From the human T2T-CHM13v2.0 reference genome, Homo sapiens, in the NCBI RefSeq assembly GCF_009914755.1, contig NC_060930.1: DNA of 64,000 bases. The stretch is one strand, 5' to 3'. The position numbers and the translations under genes are program-made. This document shows positions 28,425 to 41,480 of this stretch, in pieces (the first letter of the stretch is position 1; each line of letters starts with the position of its first letter). Under the pieces are notes generated by a model that saw only the letters and a program-made list of their open reading frames with translations, searched no databases and was not told the DNA's origin.

Positions 28425-28560
28425 TAAATATAGCCAACATTTATTGAATGCTTACCATGTGCCAGCATGTTTTATCTCATTTAATTATCATGAAATGATA
28501 TATGAAGCTTATACTATTTAAGATAAGTAATGTTCCTCAGGTGATACAGCTAGTATGTAA
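28425..28560 (-). mobile_element. MIR remnant
   Basis: 'aacatttattgaatgcttaccatgtgccag...tctcatttaat...caggtgatacagctagta'. Confidence 0.65.
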
Positions 28561-29254
28561 AACTGTGTTGTAGGCACAAAAGTTAGAGAACCACTACCTA
28601 GGTATACATTCAAGTATTGCAAATGAGAGAGAAATTTATTTTTTTCAGAAGAAAATCTACATTTAATTAAAACTTGTTTGGTTTTGACACCTCCAATTGA
28701 TCTCTACTTTTAATTTAAATTTAAAATAATTATCAATCTAAAAATATTAATAATTTGCTATTATCTGTACTATATGCACAATTTTATTTTATAAACTCGT
28801 TAGAACCCTGATGTAGACATTTACATATGACAAATAATCTATTGTCTTAGGAAAGCATGCATAATCTACAATGTCATGTTTTGTATATTTATTACACATT
28901 GCTTAATATTCTTAATAGAATGGAGACCCACAAACTCAACTTGAACTTTTGGAATGATGGTGTAGTTTTATATAACTCAGCAGAGTATCAGTATTTGATG
29001 GTAAAGAGCATAAAAGTAATAGGTTTAATATTTGCCATGACATTTTAATAAAATGTAGTTTTCGTGGAAATATAACTTCTTTATTAAAGTTATTTGAAAT
29101 GGAGAAATATGACTTTCCTCATACATGTTGAGAACACATATTCTGCATGACTTCACGCCATGTATTGTAAACTCTCTACAAAGGTGTGTATTTGAGAATT
29201 TCCAGTTCTCAAGATTCCAGCAAGAGTATTCTGAAACTTTTCCAAAGGCTGTGA

Positions 29255-29608
<354 letters not shown>

Positions 29609-29696
29609 AGATCATTTTAATGTTGATTAGAGTTAGGTATTTTATGTTTTACTTCTTTCAATGATTTGAAAGCTATTGTCATAAGTATTTTTAATA

Positions 29697-30313
29697 TAGT
29701 TGCTGCCTCCCCATCCATTTCTGGGCCTAACATAAGTTTTTGAAATCCAATCATACCCCATCACCTTTGGCCTAGTTAAAACCTCCCCTCCCTTTGTGGG
29801 TTGTTTGTGATACAGCCCTCTTGTTCCTCTTCCCACTAACTCAAAACACAGCACACCTACAGCTGCTGACCGCGATAAAAATCCAATGATCAACAACAGA
29901 GTCACGTAAATAAGTTCCCTCTCACACGTGTTTTCTTTAAAGTAGCAAATCCACAACTCCCGCAGGAAAGCCTAAGGAATAATGCCCATGGAGGACTGTA
30001 ATAAAGGCATAGTCCCACAGAGTCTCTCTCTTTCTCTATCTCTTGACCCCCACTCGCTGGCTGAGCTCCCTGTCACCTGAACTTCCCATAGGCCTCCTGT
30101 TGGCACTCTTATCTCTGGGACATGTAAGTAATATTTTTTTATATACATTTTGATTTTCTCTCCTCGTTGTTTGTCATCTGACTGATAGAGCCAAACCTAA
30201 CTTTACTCCTGTCAGGGGTCTCTTAGAGAGTGAATATCTTGGCTTATGGCTACTCTTGACAGAGAGACTTCAAGATCAAATTAGAAAGAAACTGTAACAA
30301 TAAAATAACAACA
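29697..30313 (+). mobile_element. ERVL-type solo LTR (MER74-like)
   Basis: 'cacctttggcctagttaaaacctcccctcc', 'acagctgctgacc', 'aataaaggcatagtccc' and terminus 'caaattagaaagaaactgtaacaataaaataca'. Confidence 0.65.
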
Positions 30314-30509
30314 GCTGCTTTTCTTTTTTTTTAGTAATTTGAGTTTTATTTATACTTTATAAGAGTCTTACAAATGATAGATTGTACGTGATTATTAAAG
30401 TACACTTAATTCGTAGTAGTCAGATGACAGACTATGAGATCAAAGAATAAAAGAAATGGCAGTAATAAGCAAATGCTAATTACACAGATTATATGGATAC
30501 ATCTTGGAT

Positions 30510-32360
30510 GTCAATGAAAAATGAAAAACTATCAGGTCCATACCAATGCAATAATTAAAAATTTAGTAAGACTTGGAACAAGCTAGGAGACTGAGTATAT
30601 TTATCTTCTTTTACTTCTGCTCCAAATTTCTTGAGCTGAAAAGAAAGATCTATAAACAAATACCAATACTTCAATACACTAATAAATAAAATAGATTCCA
30701 TAGTTATATTAGATATTCTAAGGGATTCACAAAAGGCATAAATTAGCCTGAGTTATAGCAAAAAAGAACAAAATGACTAAAGGTCCCTGTTGGAGGAAAC
30801 TGCTCCAGAGGAAGGATTACTTTTAGGGGAATGGCCTTCTCAGAAGTGGATGCTGGAGGAATCGTAATGATAAATAGCTGTGGAACGGTGTTTAAAACAG
30901 TTAGGGTTGTTGATTCTTCCTTTTTCCCATGCCTGTGCTAAACCTTAGGCACCAAAGGTACTTGCACTGAGACTAAAGCAATGAATGTTTGTATGAGATT
31001 CAGAAAGTTATGAGCAAGAGTGGACAGCCACTGAGCCGCATAAGTGAAAAGAAACTATCCCCCAGACTGAAAAAAATACCAAAACTCAAGTGCAGTAAAT
31101 CATGTCCCTTTCCCAAAATCATCACAGACAGGCTACAATGAGCAGAACAGTATCCACACAAGTCCATGGGGAATCTTACATGCAAAGATGAGCAAGCACT
31201 CAGTAATCACCAAGGTTTGATTGAAACCAACAGCATGAAATGGTGGCATCAAAATCAATAAAGAGGGAATGAGAAACAGGGTTAGTGTAGCAAACAGGAT
31301 AATATTTTACATTAAGTGTACTGAATAATTTTAGATAAATTTGGAAGGACTTTGCATCCAGAAAATTCTTGGAAATTAAATATGATAGCTGAAATGTAAA
31401 AATGCCCCCCAAATGGAATGAATTTGGTTAAAGATAGACTAGAAAATAACAAAAAGATTTTCACAGGATGCAATGCAGAAGGACAAAAGGTTTAGAAACA
31501 CAGAGTAAAACTGAGACAGAAAGAATAAATTAAGATGTTCAAACATGTATTGTTAATAAATAAGGTGCAGAGAACAAAGGTAAAGAAAAAACCAAAAGAG
31601 TAATGAAAGATTGTTTCAAAGGACTGAGAAAGATACTTTTTGCTTTTGGTGAAAGGATTCACTGAGCATGCAATAAAACGAATGAAAAATATCAGATTCT
31701 GACAAAGTGTGGCAAAATGTCAAAATATTAAGCATAAAAATAAACCCAAAAGATGTTTACAGAGAGAAAACCGGTTTCTTGCAAAGCAAGATTGCTTGCT
31801 GTTATGGTACAATGAAGGAGATTTCTAAAATAAAAAAGAAAACTATAAGCTAATGTCATTAACAATCATATACAAAACTTTAAAAAAAACTAGTAAGTAG
31901 AATTTAGCAATATTGAAAAAGAACATATGGCTAATAGCATATACATCTTATAAATGCAAAAATAATTCAATTCAGGAAATTTATGACAGCGATGTACTGC
32001 ATTACATTTTACTGAGAAGAAAAGTTCATGGTCAGTCTGGAAAAAGTTGAAAAGAAAATAGAACACAATATTTGATGTAAATTTCTAGCAAAATAAATGC
32101 ACTTAGTCTGATAAGAGATGGGCTTAAGGTAAAGTATACCTATCAGAGACTCATGGAAAATATAATGATGATATGAGGTTAGAAATAATTCCATTAAAGT
32201 TAAGAACAGAACAAATATGCCAATTATCATAACTACTATTCAATATACATTGGACTTAGTTAATGATATAAGACAAGCAAAGAAACTAAAAAATTTAGTT
32301 TCTCAAGTATCTCCCTGTATTTCTACTCAATATTTCTGTAAACTTAAAGCTTCTCTAAAA
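30510..32360 (+). mobile_element. Very old L1M/HAL1-type fragments
   Basis: A-rich decayed ORF1/ORF2-like sequence ('ccattaaagttaagaacagaacaaatatgccaattatcataactactattcaata') and a 3'-end motif near 32320-32360. Confidence 0.55.
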
Positions 32361-32373
32361 ATGGTTGATTGCA

Positions 32374-32651
32374 CCAGCACTTTGGGAAGCTAAGGTGGGT
32401 GGATCACTTGAGGTCTGGAGTTCAAGATCAGCATGGCCAACACAGTGAAACCCTGTCTCTACTAAAAATACAAAAATTAGCTGGGCGTGGTGGCACACAC
32501 CTGTAATCCCAGTTACTCGGGAGGCTGAGTCAGGAGAATCACTTGAACCCAGGAGGCAGAGGTTTCAGTGAGCCGAGATCACACCACTGCACTTCAGCCT
32601 GGGTGACAGAGAGAGACTCCTTCTCAAAAAAAAAAAAAAAAAAAAAAAAAA
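32374..32651 (+). mobile_element. AluSx-like, 5'-truncated, long pure A tail
   Basis: Starts 'ccagcactttgggaagc'. Degenerate TSD aaaatggttgattgca / aaaaggtgattgca. Confidence 0.95.
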
Positions 32652-32669
32652 GGTGATTGCAAAATACAT

Positions 32670-34050
32670 ACATTAGACATTGTTAAATGGTTATCAGAGT
32701 GTTTTTACTAATTTAAATTCCCACTGTCAGTGATTGGTATTCCCATTACTTCAAATTATTAACAACATTTGGTATTGCCAGTCTATAATTTTGGATGAAT
32801 TGGTATATGTAGTGTTAGCTCATTGGGGCTTTAACTTGCATTCTCCCACCCACTGGTGACTTATAGTATTTTTCAACATTTGTTTAGTCACAAGTCAAAT
32901 ATTCTTTTTATTATACGCCTATTAAAGTATCCTGCCTACTTTTAAAGTTTGCATTACTTGTATTTTTTCTTATTAATTTGTAAAAGTTCTTTATAGTATC
33001 CTGTATACTACATTTATTGTATGTATTGCATATTATTGATTATATGTATTGCAAATATCCTGTCCTATCTTGATGCTTGTCTTTGCACTCAATGTTATAA
33101 TTTGATGAACAGGAGTTTTTTTCTTAAGTGAAAGCCAGTTTATTAAGAAAGTAAAGGAATAAATAATAGTTACTCAATAGAGCGGCTAGGAGTTCTTAAT
33201 TTTAAGTTTAATGTAGTCTTTTCCTTTATAATTAGTACATTTTGTGTCCTGTTTAAGAAATATTTATCTATTGCAAAGTCATAAAAATGTTCTCTAGCTT
33301 CATCACTTAGAAGTGTCACTATATTACTTGTCATATTTACATCTACAACCTACCCAGAATTAATTAATGTTAGTGGTGTAAAGAACCACCAAGTTTTTTA
33401 ATATGTAAATCCAGCAACTCAACATCATTTATTGAAGGATGTGCCTTACACATTGCAGTGAGGAGCTATTTTTGCCATAAATGAAGAACTCACATCTACA
33501 CTGGAAAGGCTCTGGATTGGGAACTTTTTCTGCATTTTGTTCTATTTCACTGGTATATTTATCTTTCTTTACTCCAGTACCAAAGTTCTAAATTGCTAAA
33601 GTTTTTAAATTGTTTTTCTTATTAACTAGTAGGATAAATTATCTTACTTTATTCTTTCTTAAGATTGTCTTGGCTATTCTTTGGCCTTTGCATCTCCATA
33701 CACATTTTAGAAACAGCTTGTAATTTCCTGTAACAAATCTCTTCATATTTTGATAGGTTTTCTGTTAAATCTATAGATATATTTGAAAATATTTGACATG
33801 TTTATTATGTTGAGTCATATAATCACTGAACATGTATACTACGAATTTCTAATTTATTTAGTTTTTATCAATTTCTCTTGATAAGTTTATATTTTGTGGG
33901 TGGAGATTTTGCATATCTTTTAATTTATTACTTGGAATTTTATGTTTTTTAATGCAATAAACTAGTGAACAAGTTTAGTTTTCTATTTTTTGATATATAT
34001 GGAAAATACAAATGTAAATGTTTTATATATAGTTAAAAAGAATGTGGATT
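32670..34050 (-). mobile_element. Old L1M ORF2 / 3' remnant
   Basis: 'tattgcaaatatc', 'aagattgtcttggctattcttggcc', 'aaatctatagatatatttg'. Confidence 0.75.
33121..33187 (-). mobile_element. Short retroposed fragment of an ERV1-type LTR poly(A) end
   Basis: 'agtttattaagaaagtaaaggaataaa...tactcaatagagcggct' with a short T run, flanked by aggagttttt (33111) and aggagttctt (33188). Confidence 0.6.
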
Positions 34051-34549
34051 TTGTATTCATTGAATTCAAAGTATTATACATCCAATCATTAATAATTTTT
34101 AAAGTGGTGCTGGTTATTGCATATATTAAGGTGAATCTTAAGATGATGCTAAGAAAAACAGCCTTTACAGAGACTTACGTTTTATATTAAAAATTTGTTT
34201 TATTTATTCTTTTTTTTTGCAAAGATATGCTTTCTTGTTTTTTGCTTTCAGAGCCTAAGGTGATGTTCTGTTCCTGCATGGGCATTAGATTCTAGCTGCA
34301 GTATGCTGCACATGTGTAGGGTTCCAGGAAGCCAACAGACCATTATGGGGCCTGTTCATACCTTAGGGCTCTGGGTTGAAGTTGCCTCTTAATTTATGAC
34401 ACTTTTTTGTTGTGCTTTATTCCATTTGGTCTTGGCTATGTATTAACTTTTGTTTGTTGCATTATATCTAGGATCCCTTCATTTGAGGTAGGATATGGAA
34501 TCGCATCCACTCTGATTTGTTGCCAGCAGTGTTCTCCAAGTATGCACTT

Positions 34550-34832
34550 CTTTCTTTTCTTTTTTCTTTTTCTTTTCTTTTATTTAATTTTATTGACATA
34601 TATTAAATGTATATATTTTGGGATACATGTGATAATTTGATACACTGTTATTAAATCAAGGTAATTGGGATATGCATCACCTTAAATACTTATCTTTATG
34701 CTGGAGACATTCAAATTATTCTTTTCTAGGTATTATGAAATGTACAATTGATTAATGTTAACTATAGTCATCTTACCAATCTATTGAACATCTGATCTTA
34801 TTTCTTCTAAGAGTATATTTGTACCCATTACT
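34550..34832 (-). mobile_element. L1MA-type 3' end
   Basis: T-rich tail, then 'gggatacatgtgataatttgatac...attgggatatgcatcacc...ttgtacccatta'. Confidence 0.8.
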
Positions 34833-37202
34833 TCTCTTTTTCTTTTTAAAAGTCCACATAACATGATTTTTTTCAGGAGTGAAAAAAAATCTTTCACAAT
34901 TACAATCTTTGTTCCTATCTATGCCAAGTTCACTAAAATGCATTCTGTTGTCAACAATTTGTATTTTATTTTAATTTATTAAAATTAAAATATGAGTCTT
35001 TTGTCTAAGTATACTACATATGTAATTTAAGCTAGCTCAAAGAGGAGAGTGTCAAGTAAATCAAGTGGTGGCATTTTCCATAGTATGACTAATATTTGTG
35101 TTGTATATTTATCTGCATGTATTTTTAATGTAAAGTATTATCAGAAGAGAGAGGACTGAACCAATTCTTCAGGCCTATGATTTTTTTTAGCTCAGGACTT
35201 TTTCTTTGGTAGGTATGAAAATTTTTGTAGGGGCAGAAAATGATTTTGTTCTTCATAATTTCAACTTCTGAAAAGTTAGGGTTATATATCAAATATATTA
35301 GTTTTGTTCATAACCTATTATAAATTTATCATCCAAAAATTTATAGAAAGTTGTATTTTTGGGTTGTTCCACCAGTTAAAGGAATACATTTCATGAGCTT
35401 ACTGCCTGCTGTGTAAATTAGCACTTTACTTTCTTTGTTTTATAACTACAGCTTTTAGGCTACCTGGGATGCCCTTTAATTCTGCTATTACAGAATTTGG
35501 TGAACAAGATTGTAGTGGATGAACATGGTTTTTAGATTCCGACCATGTGAGGAAACTGCCATATGACTGTTCAAAGAATATGATTATATTGCATTATAAG
35601 TCTATATTTAAACTGCTGAAAAAAAGGTATGACTACTTTGAAATTTTTATTTTCTGCCAGAAAACATCCAGTTTTGCAAACCAAAATAAAATTAGGCAGA
35701 GCTGTTTCAACTGTGAAATGTATTTACTGAACCCAATGGCTAGGAGAAGCAGGATCAGAGAGAAGAGCTAGAAGAGGCGAATATGACATACGGTTGGAAG
35801 CAAGAGATCCTTCGTGCAGCCTGTCAAGGTCTTCTTAAGTGGTCAAAATCTGTAATGAGAATAAGAATGATGATAGAAATACATATTTTCTTAGCATTTG
35901 ATTTTTCATTGTATCTGCCCCACAAATCACCAACAATGGATCAAATTGCCCTATTTATTCCAATATCTTGAATACTGAATATTTCCTGAGAAAATACCAC
36001 ACTTTTGAGTATTTTATGCCACCTTAAACTGATGAACTCCAGTCTTAGTTGTCCCTCAGTGCTACCCAATTTTCTTATCACTGTCCACAATAAGCTCTGC
36101 CTCCATTTCTCTCTGTACTCATGCTACTTCCTCACCCCTACTCTCAGAATATTGCTTTCTGCTTGGGGACCAGGAGCTTCTGCTCTGCTTTGTCAGATTT
36201 TGTGTTTCCTTCCATTCTTTTCTCCTTCTGTCTGGACTCCATTTAATATGTATTTCTATTCCAATTCAAAATATCATCTGTTGGAAAGATGCCGCATGCA
36301 AATTCTAGTTACAGAGAACCATCATCTCCCTCCTGCTCTCACTTGCTTCTGTATCTAATTTAGATTCCATATTTCATTTTTAGGATTGCCTCTTATGACT
36401 ACTCTCAATAACTTTTCTCCTCCTGTCTTCTCCAGTCACAGGCACTTGTAAAAGATCTAACGTAGTTTGTTCCAACTCTATCTTCTCCATGCCCTTAACA
36501 GGACAACTGAAACTTCTGGGGGAAAAAAAAATCAGCAACCTGGAATAACTGTTTTACTTTAATTACCATAAACCTGAACAACACTTAATAATGCCCAGCA
36601 ATACTTTCAGGTTTCCATGATAAATCTGCTTTTCCATTCTTTGAGAGAATTATTTAAAAATGTTTCTTTTCCTCTTAACCTTCCTGAACCTTATGTACTC
36701 CCCGAAGTGTAAACTGATAGCCTTCTTCATACCTCATCAATTAAATACATGCAGATGGCAAGTGCTTCATTCTCCCATCTCTAAGTCAAACTTATCTGCA
36801 TCTTCATCCATCCTCTCTCGTATTTTCTTCATTTATATTTGAAAAATTGTCCTTGTTCCTATGAAGGTCCAATTCTTTCACTTGAACTCTCATGCTCTAG
36901 TATTTCCCATTTTAATTACAAACTCCCTTCTTTGACTTCACATCCTCCACTTTGCTGCTATCCTATTTTTCTGCTGTTTTCCAAGGCAAAGCTGTATACC
37001 CGAGTCCTCTTTGTGTTTGCTCTTCAACCCACTCCAATTTGGCTTCTTCCCATACTGCTCCACTGCTGTAGTGTGGCAATCACAAATTGTCATATTTTGA
37101 AACCTAAAGGATAATCTACTGTCTTCATCTTACTCGATTAGGGACATTTAACTCAGCTGACTGTTGTGCAAAAACTTTCCTTTTGGGGCCTCTCTGAAAC
37201 TA

Positions 37203-37633
37203 CAGTTGACCCTTGAACAATGCAAGGGTTAGGGGAACCAATCCCTTGCGCAGTAAAAAATCCATGCGTAACTTCTGACTCCTCCAAAACCTAACTACTA
37301 TACCCTACTGCAGACCAAAAGCCTGTGCATAATATACACAGTTGATTAACACAAGTTCTGTGTGTTTTACATTTTATATACTGTATTCTTTAAAGTAAGC
37401 TATAATACAGAAAACGTTATTAAGAAAATCTTAAGGAAGAAAAATATATTTACTATTCATGAAGTGGAAGTGGATCATCATAAAGGTCTTCATCCTCACC
37501 ATCTTCATGTGGTTGAGGAGGAGGAGAAAGAGAAGGGGTTGGTCTTACTGTTTCAGGGGTGGCAGAAGCAAAAGAAAATCCAAATATAAGTGGATTCACA
37601 CAGTTCAAACCCATGTTGTTCAAGGGACAACTG
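37203..37633. mobile_element. Tigger2a (MER28) TcMar-Tigger DNA transposon
   Basis: TIRs cagttgacccttgaacaa / ttgttcaagggacaactg, TA duplication at 37201-37202 and 37634-37635, 431 bp. Confidence 0.9.
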
Positions 37634-38566
37634 TACTTTTACTTGAAACTACCTTCACCTGAAGCTACTTTCTAAGTTCTTCTCATCTGGCCACTTTTTT
37701 CAGTCTTTTTAATTGTATCCTCCACTTATCTTCATCTCTAAATGTTTGGTTGCTCCAGGGCCTCGATAGGCTTCCTTCTTTCTGTCCTCTCCTTAAGTGA
37801 CCAAGTCTAATGTCAAATTTGAAATACAATCTATAACTAATAACTCTGACTTGTGTATCTTAAACCCTGGTTTCCATTCTGACTTGTAGACTCAAATATT
37901 CAACTACCTCTTTGACATTCTCCCTTGGATGTCAGTCATCCTAAGCTTAATTTATCCAAATGTTATTTCATATTTCCCCCACTCCAAAAACAATTTCTTT
38001 ATGAATTTCCCAGTTATAATTAAAGACAATATGTTTTACACAGTTTTTACACCAGAAACAGGCAACTCTTCCTTAGTTCTACTCTCTAATTTATCCTCTT
38101 CATTCAACCTGTCAGCAATTCTTGTTGATGGAAACATCTACTACTTTCATGTTTATGATATTGGTGGTATCCTCCTAGATGTGCCCCCTTGTGCATATGC
38201 AACCTGTGCAATCATGCTGGTTGGTCCTTGTTGTACTCATTAAAATATATCTCAAAATTGATTACTCCCTTACGTTTACTGCCACCATGATTTTTCACTT
38301 GGACTACTGATGTTGCTTTCCAGTTGGACCTGCTATGTTTCCTTCATTTCATTTCACATGCAATTGTCAGCATGATCTCTTAAAAATATAAAGTGTGTCA
38401 TATTGCATTCTTGATTAAATGGTTTAATTGATTTTGTGAATCCTTATAAACTCCCATATGATCTGACTCCTACTATCAGACCTCATCATGACCACTGTCT
38501 CCTTGCGGGTCTCTTTCCAAGTTCCTTTCCACTTTAAATCTTCTGTTCTCTTTACCTACAATATTA

Positions 38567-38845
<279 letters not shown>

Positions 38846-40377
38846 TCACAGGCTTCTCTGCTGTAGGAAAGTGACTATTTCCTTCATAGCATTTATCACA
38901 ATCTCTTATTAATGCAAACATCACAGACTTTTTTATTTACTTGTTTATCTTCTGTCATCGTGTGAGATTCATAATATGGGGAAATTATTTCGTTTACCTT
39001 CTATCCTTAGCTCCTAGGATAGTGTCTAGGATAGAGGCTTGTCAAATATTTTTTAAATCAATTACTTTGTTCAGTGGATCTATGACACTGTGCATCCGTC
39101 ACAGAAGTATTATTATCTCTTTTTAAAAAATTTAGACTCAGCAAAATTAGATCACTTGTCCAAGGATATATTACTGGATCATGACTGACTCAGATTTCAG
39201 GGAGTGAAAGGCTGTTTCCCCTGGGCTGCGTTTGATAATACGATTTCCAGAATGGTTGAGGGAAATCATGTTAAGACCTTGTAGAACTATCCACTATTTG
39301 TTTGACATAAATGACTAGAGCAAAAATCAGAAAACCCGTTCCTTTGGACACATAGCACCATGAAGAAAAACATAATATCTGCTTTTGATGAAGCATAGGA
39401 GATGGTGCAGGGCATTGACAAATCACCTGGCTTATATTAGGCAGGGTATCATTTAGCTGTAGCAAGCTCTGTAAGAAACAACCAATGAAGGAATTGGTGG
39501 GGAGGGATAGATAGATGGTGGTATAAGATAAGTGACAACTGGCTATGCCGTGAGGTCATGTAGATAGCAATAGAAAAGATAAGGCCATTTGGGGACAGTA
39601 CTGGGAGGCAAGCGAACCTAAGAGGTTCTGGCAAGTACTTAATAGTAGAAAATTAGTTATCATAAGCAGGGACAACCCACAAACTTGTAAATCCAAGCAG
39701 TAAATCAGCGTTTGAGTTAAGATTTCCTTGAATCTCTGGAGAAAGGAACTCTGGTGCCACTGAAAGCTGATTTAGAAAATAAAATGAATCAAAATTTCAA
39801 ATATCAATAAGTGAAATGAATATAATGGAAACAGTAATAGACAATAGAGCTGAGACCCCCAATCCTTTGGCAGAGGGAGTTTGGCTGTTGTGAGAACCCT
39901 GATTTGCATAGGAAAGCAGATAGAGCCCCTGTTGCCAAGAGATCCTAATAAAGTATATTAGGGACACAAAATTATTCCTTCTGGCCACAGCTGTTAGAAT
40001 AAAATAGAACGTAGTGGTCTTAGTAATATCAATGCATTCATTCTCACTTTGAACAAATGTCATCTTTATGGTAAGTTTTCCTAGTAATGTTTCTTACCTA
40101 TTCTGTTATTTTTGTAATTACTTTTGTGTAGTAAAACCAAAGATGATTGACAGTTACTGATTTTAGTGTCATCACCAATCAGTATTTTAGGATCTCTTGG
40201 CCACTTGATACATTCCTCTTATAGTAGCAATTTCCCAAAATCACATGTATAAAGTTCTGTAAAATCATGTATAAACTGACACAAAACTGCAGATCATATT
40301 ACTTTGTCTTTCCAAAACTCTTCCTCCCCTTTTGTTTGTTCTCCTAAAGTAGACCTAAACTGTCTTTGCTGCCTAGG

Positions 40378-40724
40378 AAGGTTAATTTCATATGTCAACT
40401 CAGTTGGCTATAATGCCCAGTTGTTTAGTCAAACACTTCAAACACTTGTCTAGATGTTGCTGTTAAGATGTTTGTAGATGTCATTAAGATTTACAATCAA
40501 TTGTCTTTAAATGACGAAGATTACCCTCCATAATGTGTGTGGGTCTCATCTGATCAATTGAAGGCCTTAAGAGAAAAAACTGAGATTTCCTGGAGAAAAA
40601 GGAATTCTACTTCAAGACTGAAGCATAGAAATTCAGCCTGAGTTTCTAGCTTGCTAGCTTTCCTAGTGTATTTTGGACATGCCATTCCCCTTAATTGCAT
40701 GAACAGATTCCTTAAAATAAATAA

Positions 40725-40760
<36 letters not shown>

Positions 40761-40818
40761 ACACACATATATCCAATTGCCAATTGGTTTTATTTCTCTA
40801 GAGAACCCTGATTGCTAT
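40378..40818 (+). mobile_element. MLT2-family ERVL LTR with internal (TG)n
   Basis: 'ggttaatttcatatgtcaact', 'gattaccctccataatgtg', 'caattgaaggccttaa', 'ttggttttatttctctagagaaccctga'. Confidence 0.85.
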
Positions 40819-40947
40819 GCTACCCTTGTGCGGATATTACTAGGCACTTATGTTCACTTGGACTTTTGTTTCAGGAATAAATGCATTACATATGTCTATA
40901 AAAGTAAATGTTTTCTCTGTTGGTTTTTAATAACTTTATTGAAGAAA

Positions 40948-41241
40948 TTTTTTTTTTTTTTTGAGACGAAGTCTCACTCTGTCACCCAGGCTGGAGTGCA
41001 GTGGCACGATCTCGGCTCACTGCAACGTCCGCCTCCTGGGTTCAAGCAATTCCCTACCTCAGTCTCCCGAGTAGCTGGGAATACAGGTGCCCGCCAACAC
41101 GCCTGGCTAATATTTGTATTTTTAGTAGAGACGGGGTTTCACCATCTTGGCCAGGCTTGTCTTGAACTCCTGACCTAGTGATCCACCTGCCTAGGCCTCC
41201 CAAAGTGCTGGGATTACAGACGTGAGCTACCTCACGGGGCC
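40948..41241 (-). mobile_element. AluSg-like, full length
   Basis: Antisense Alu dimer with T tail. Confidence 0.95.
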
Positions 41242-41480
41242 AACAATTTAAACAGATAGTAACACTACAATGTATCAACCTCTTTGAGAAGCAGTCTATA
41301 GTACATTTTTGATAACTTTCTGGGATTGTAACTAATGACATTGTCTAAACTGTGCCCAAAAGTTTACATTTATTTTTTTCTTACAGCTTAATTATCCTCT
41401 GTGATCCACACTAAAGTATTTTGAAGAATAACAAAGCTCTCCAAGGGTCTTAATACAGGTACAGTGCAACAAGTCACGCA
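41053..41480 (+). repeat. Left arm of a ~430-bp inverted duplication
   Basis: Reverse complement of 43757-44184, including ~240 bp of non-Alu sequence. ORFs 41054-41341(-) and 43896-44183(+) translate almost identically. Confidence 0.95.

Noticed and set aside
40651-41178. Longest ORF in the track (175 aa)
   Set aside because: It runs through MLT2, (TG)n and an antisense Alu, with a non-ATG start.
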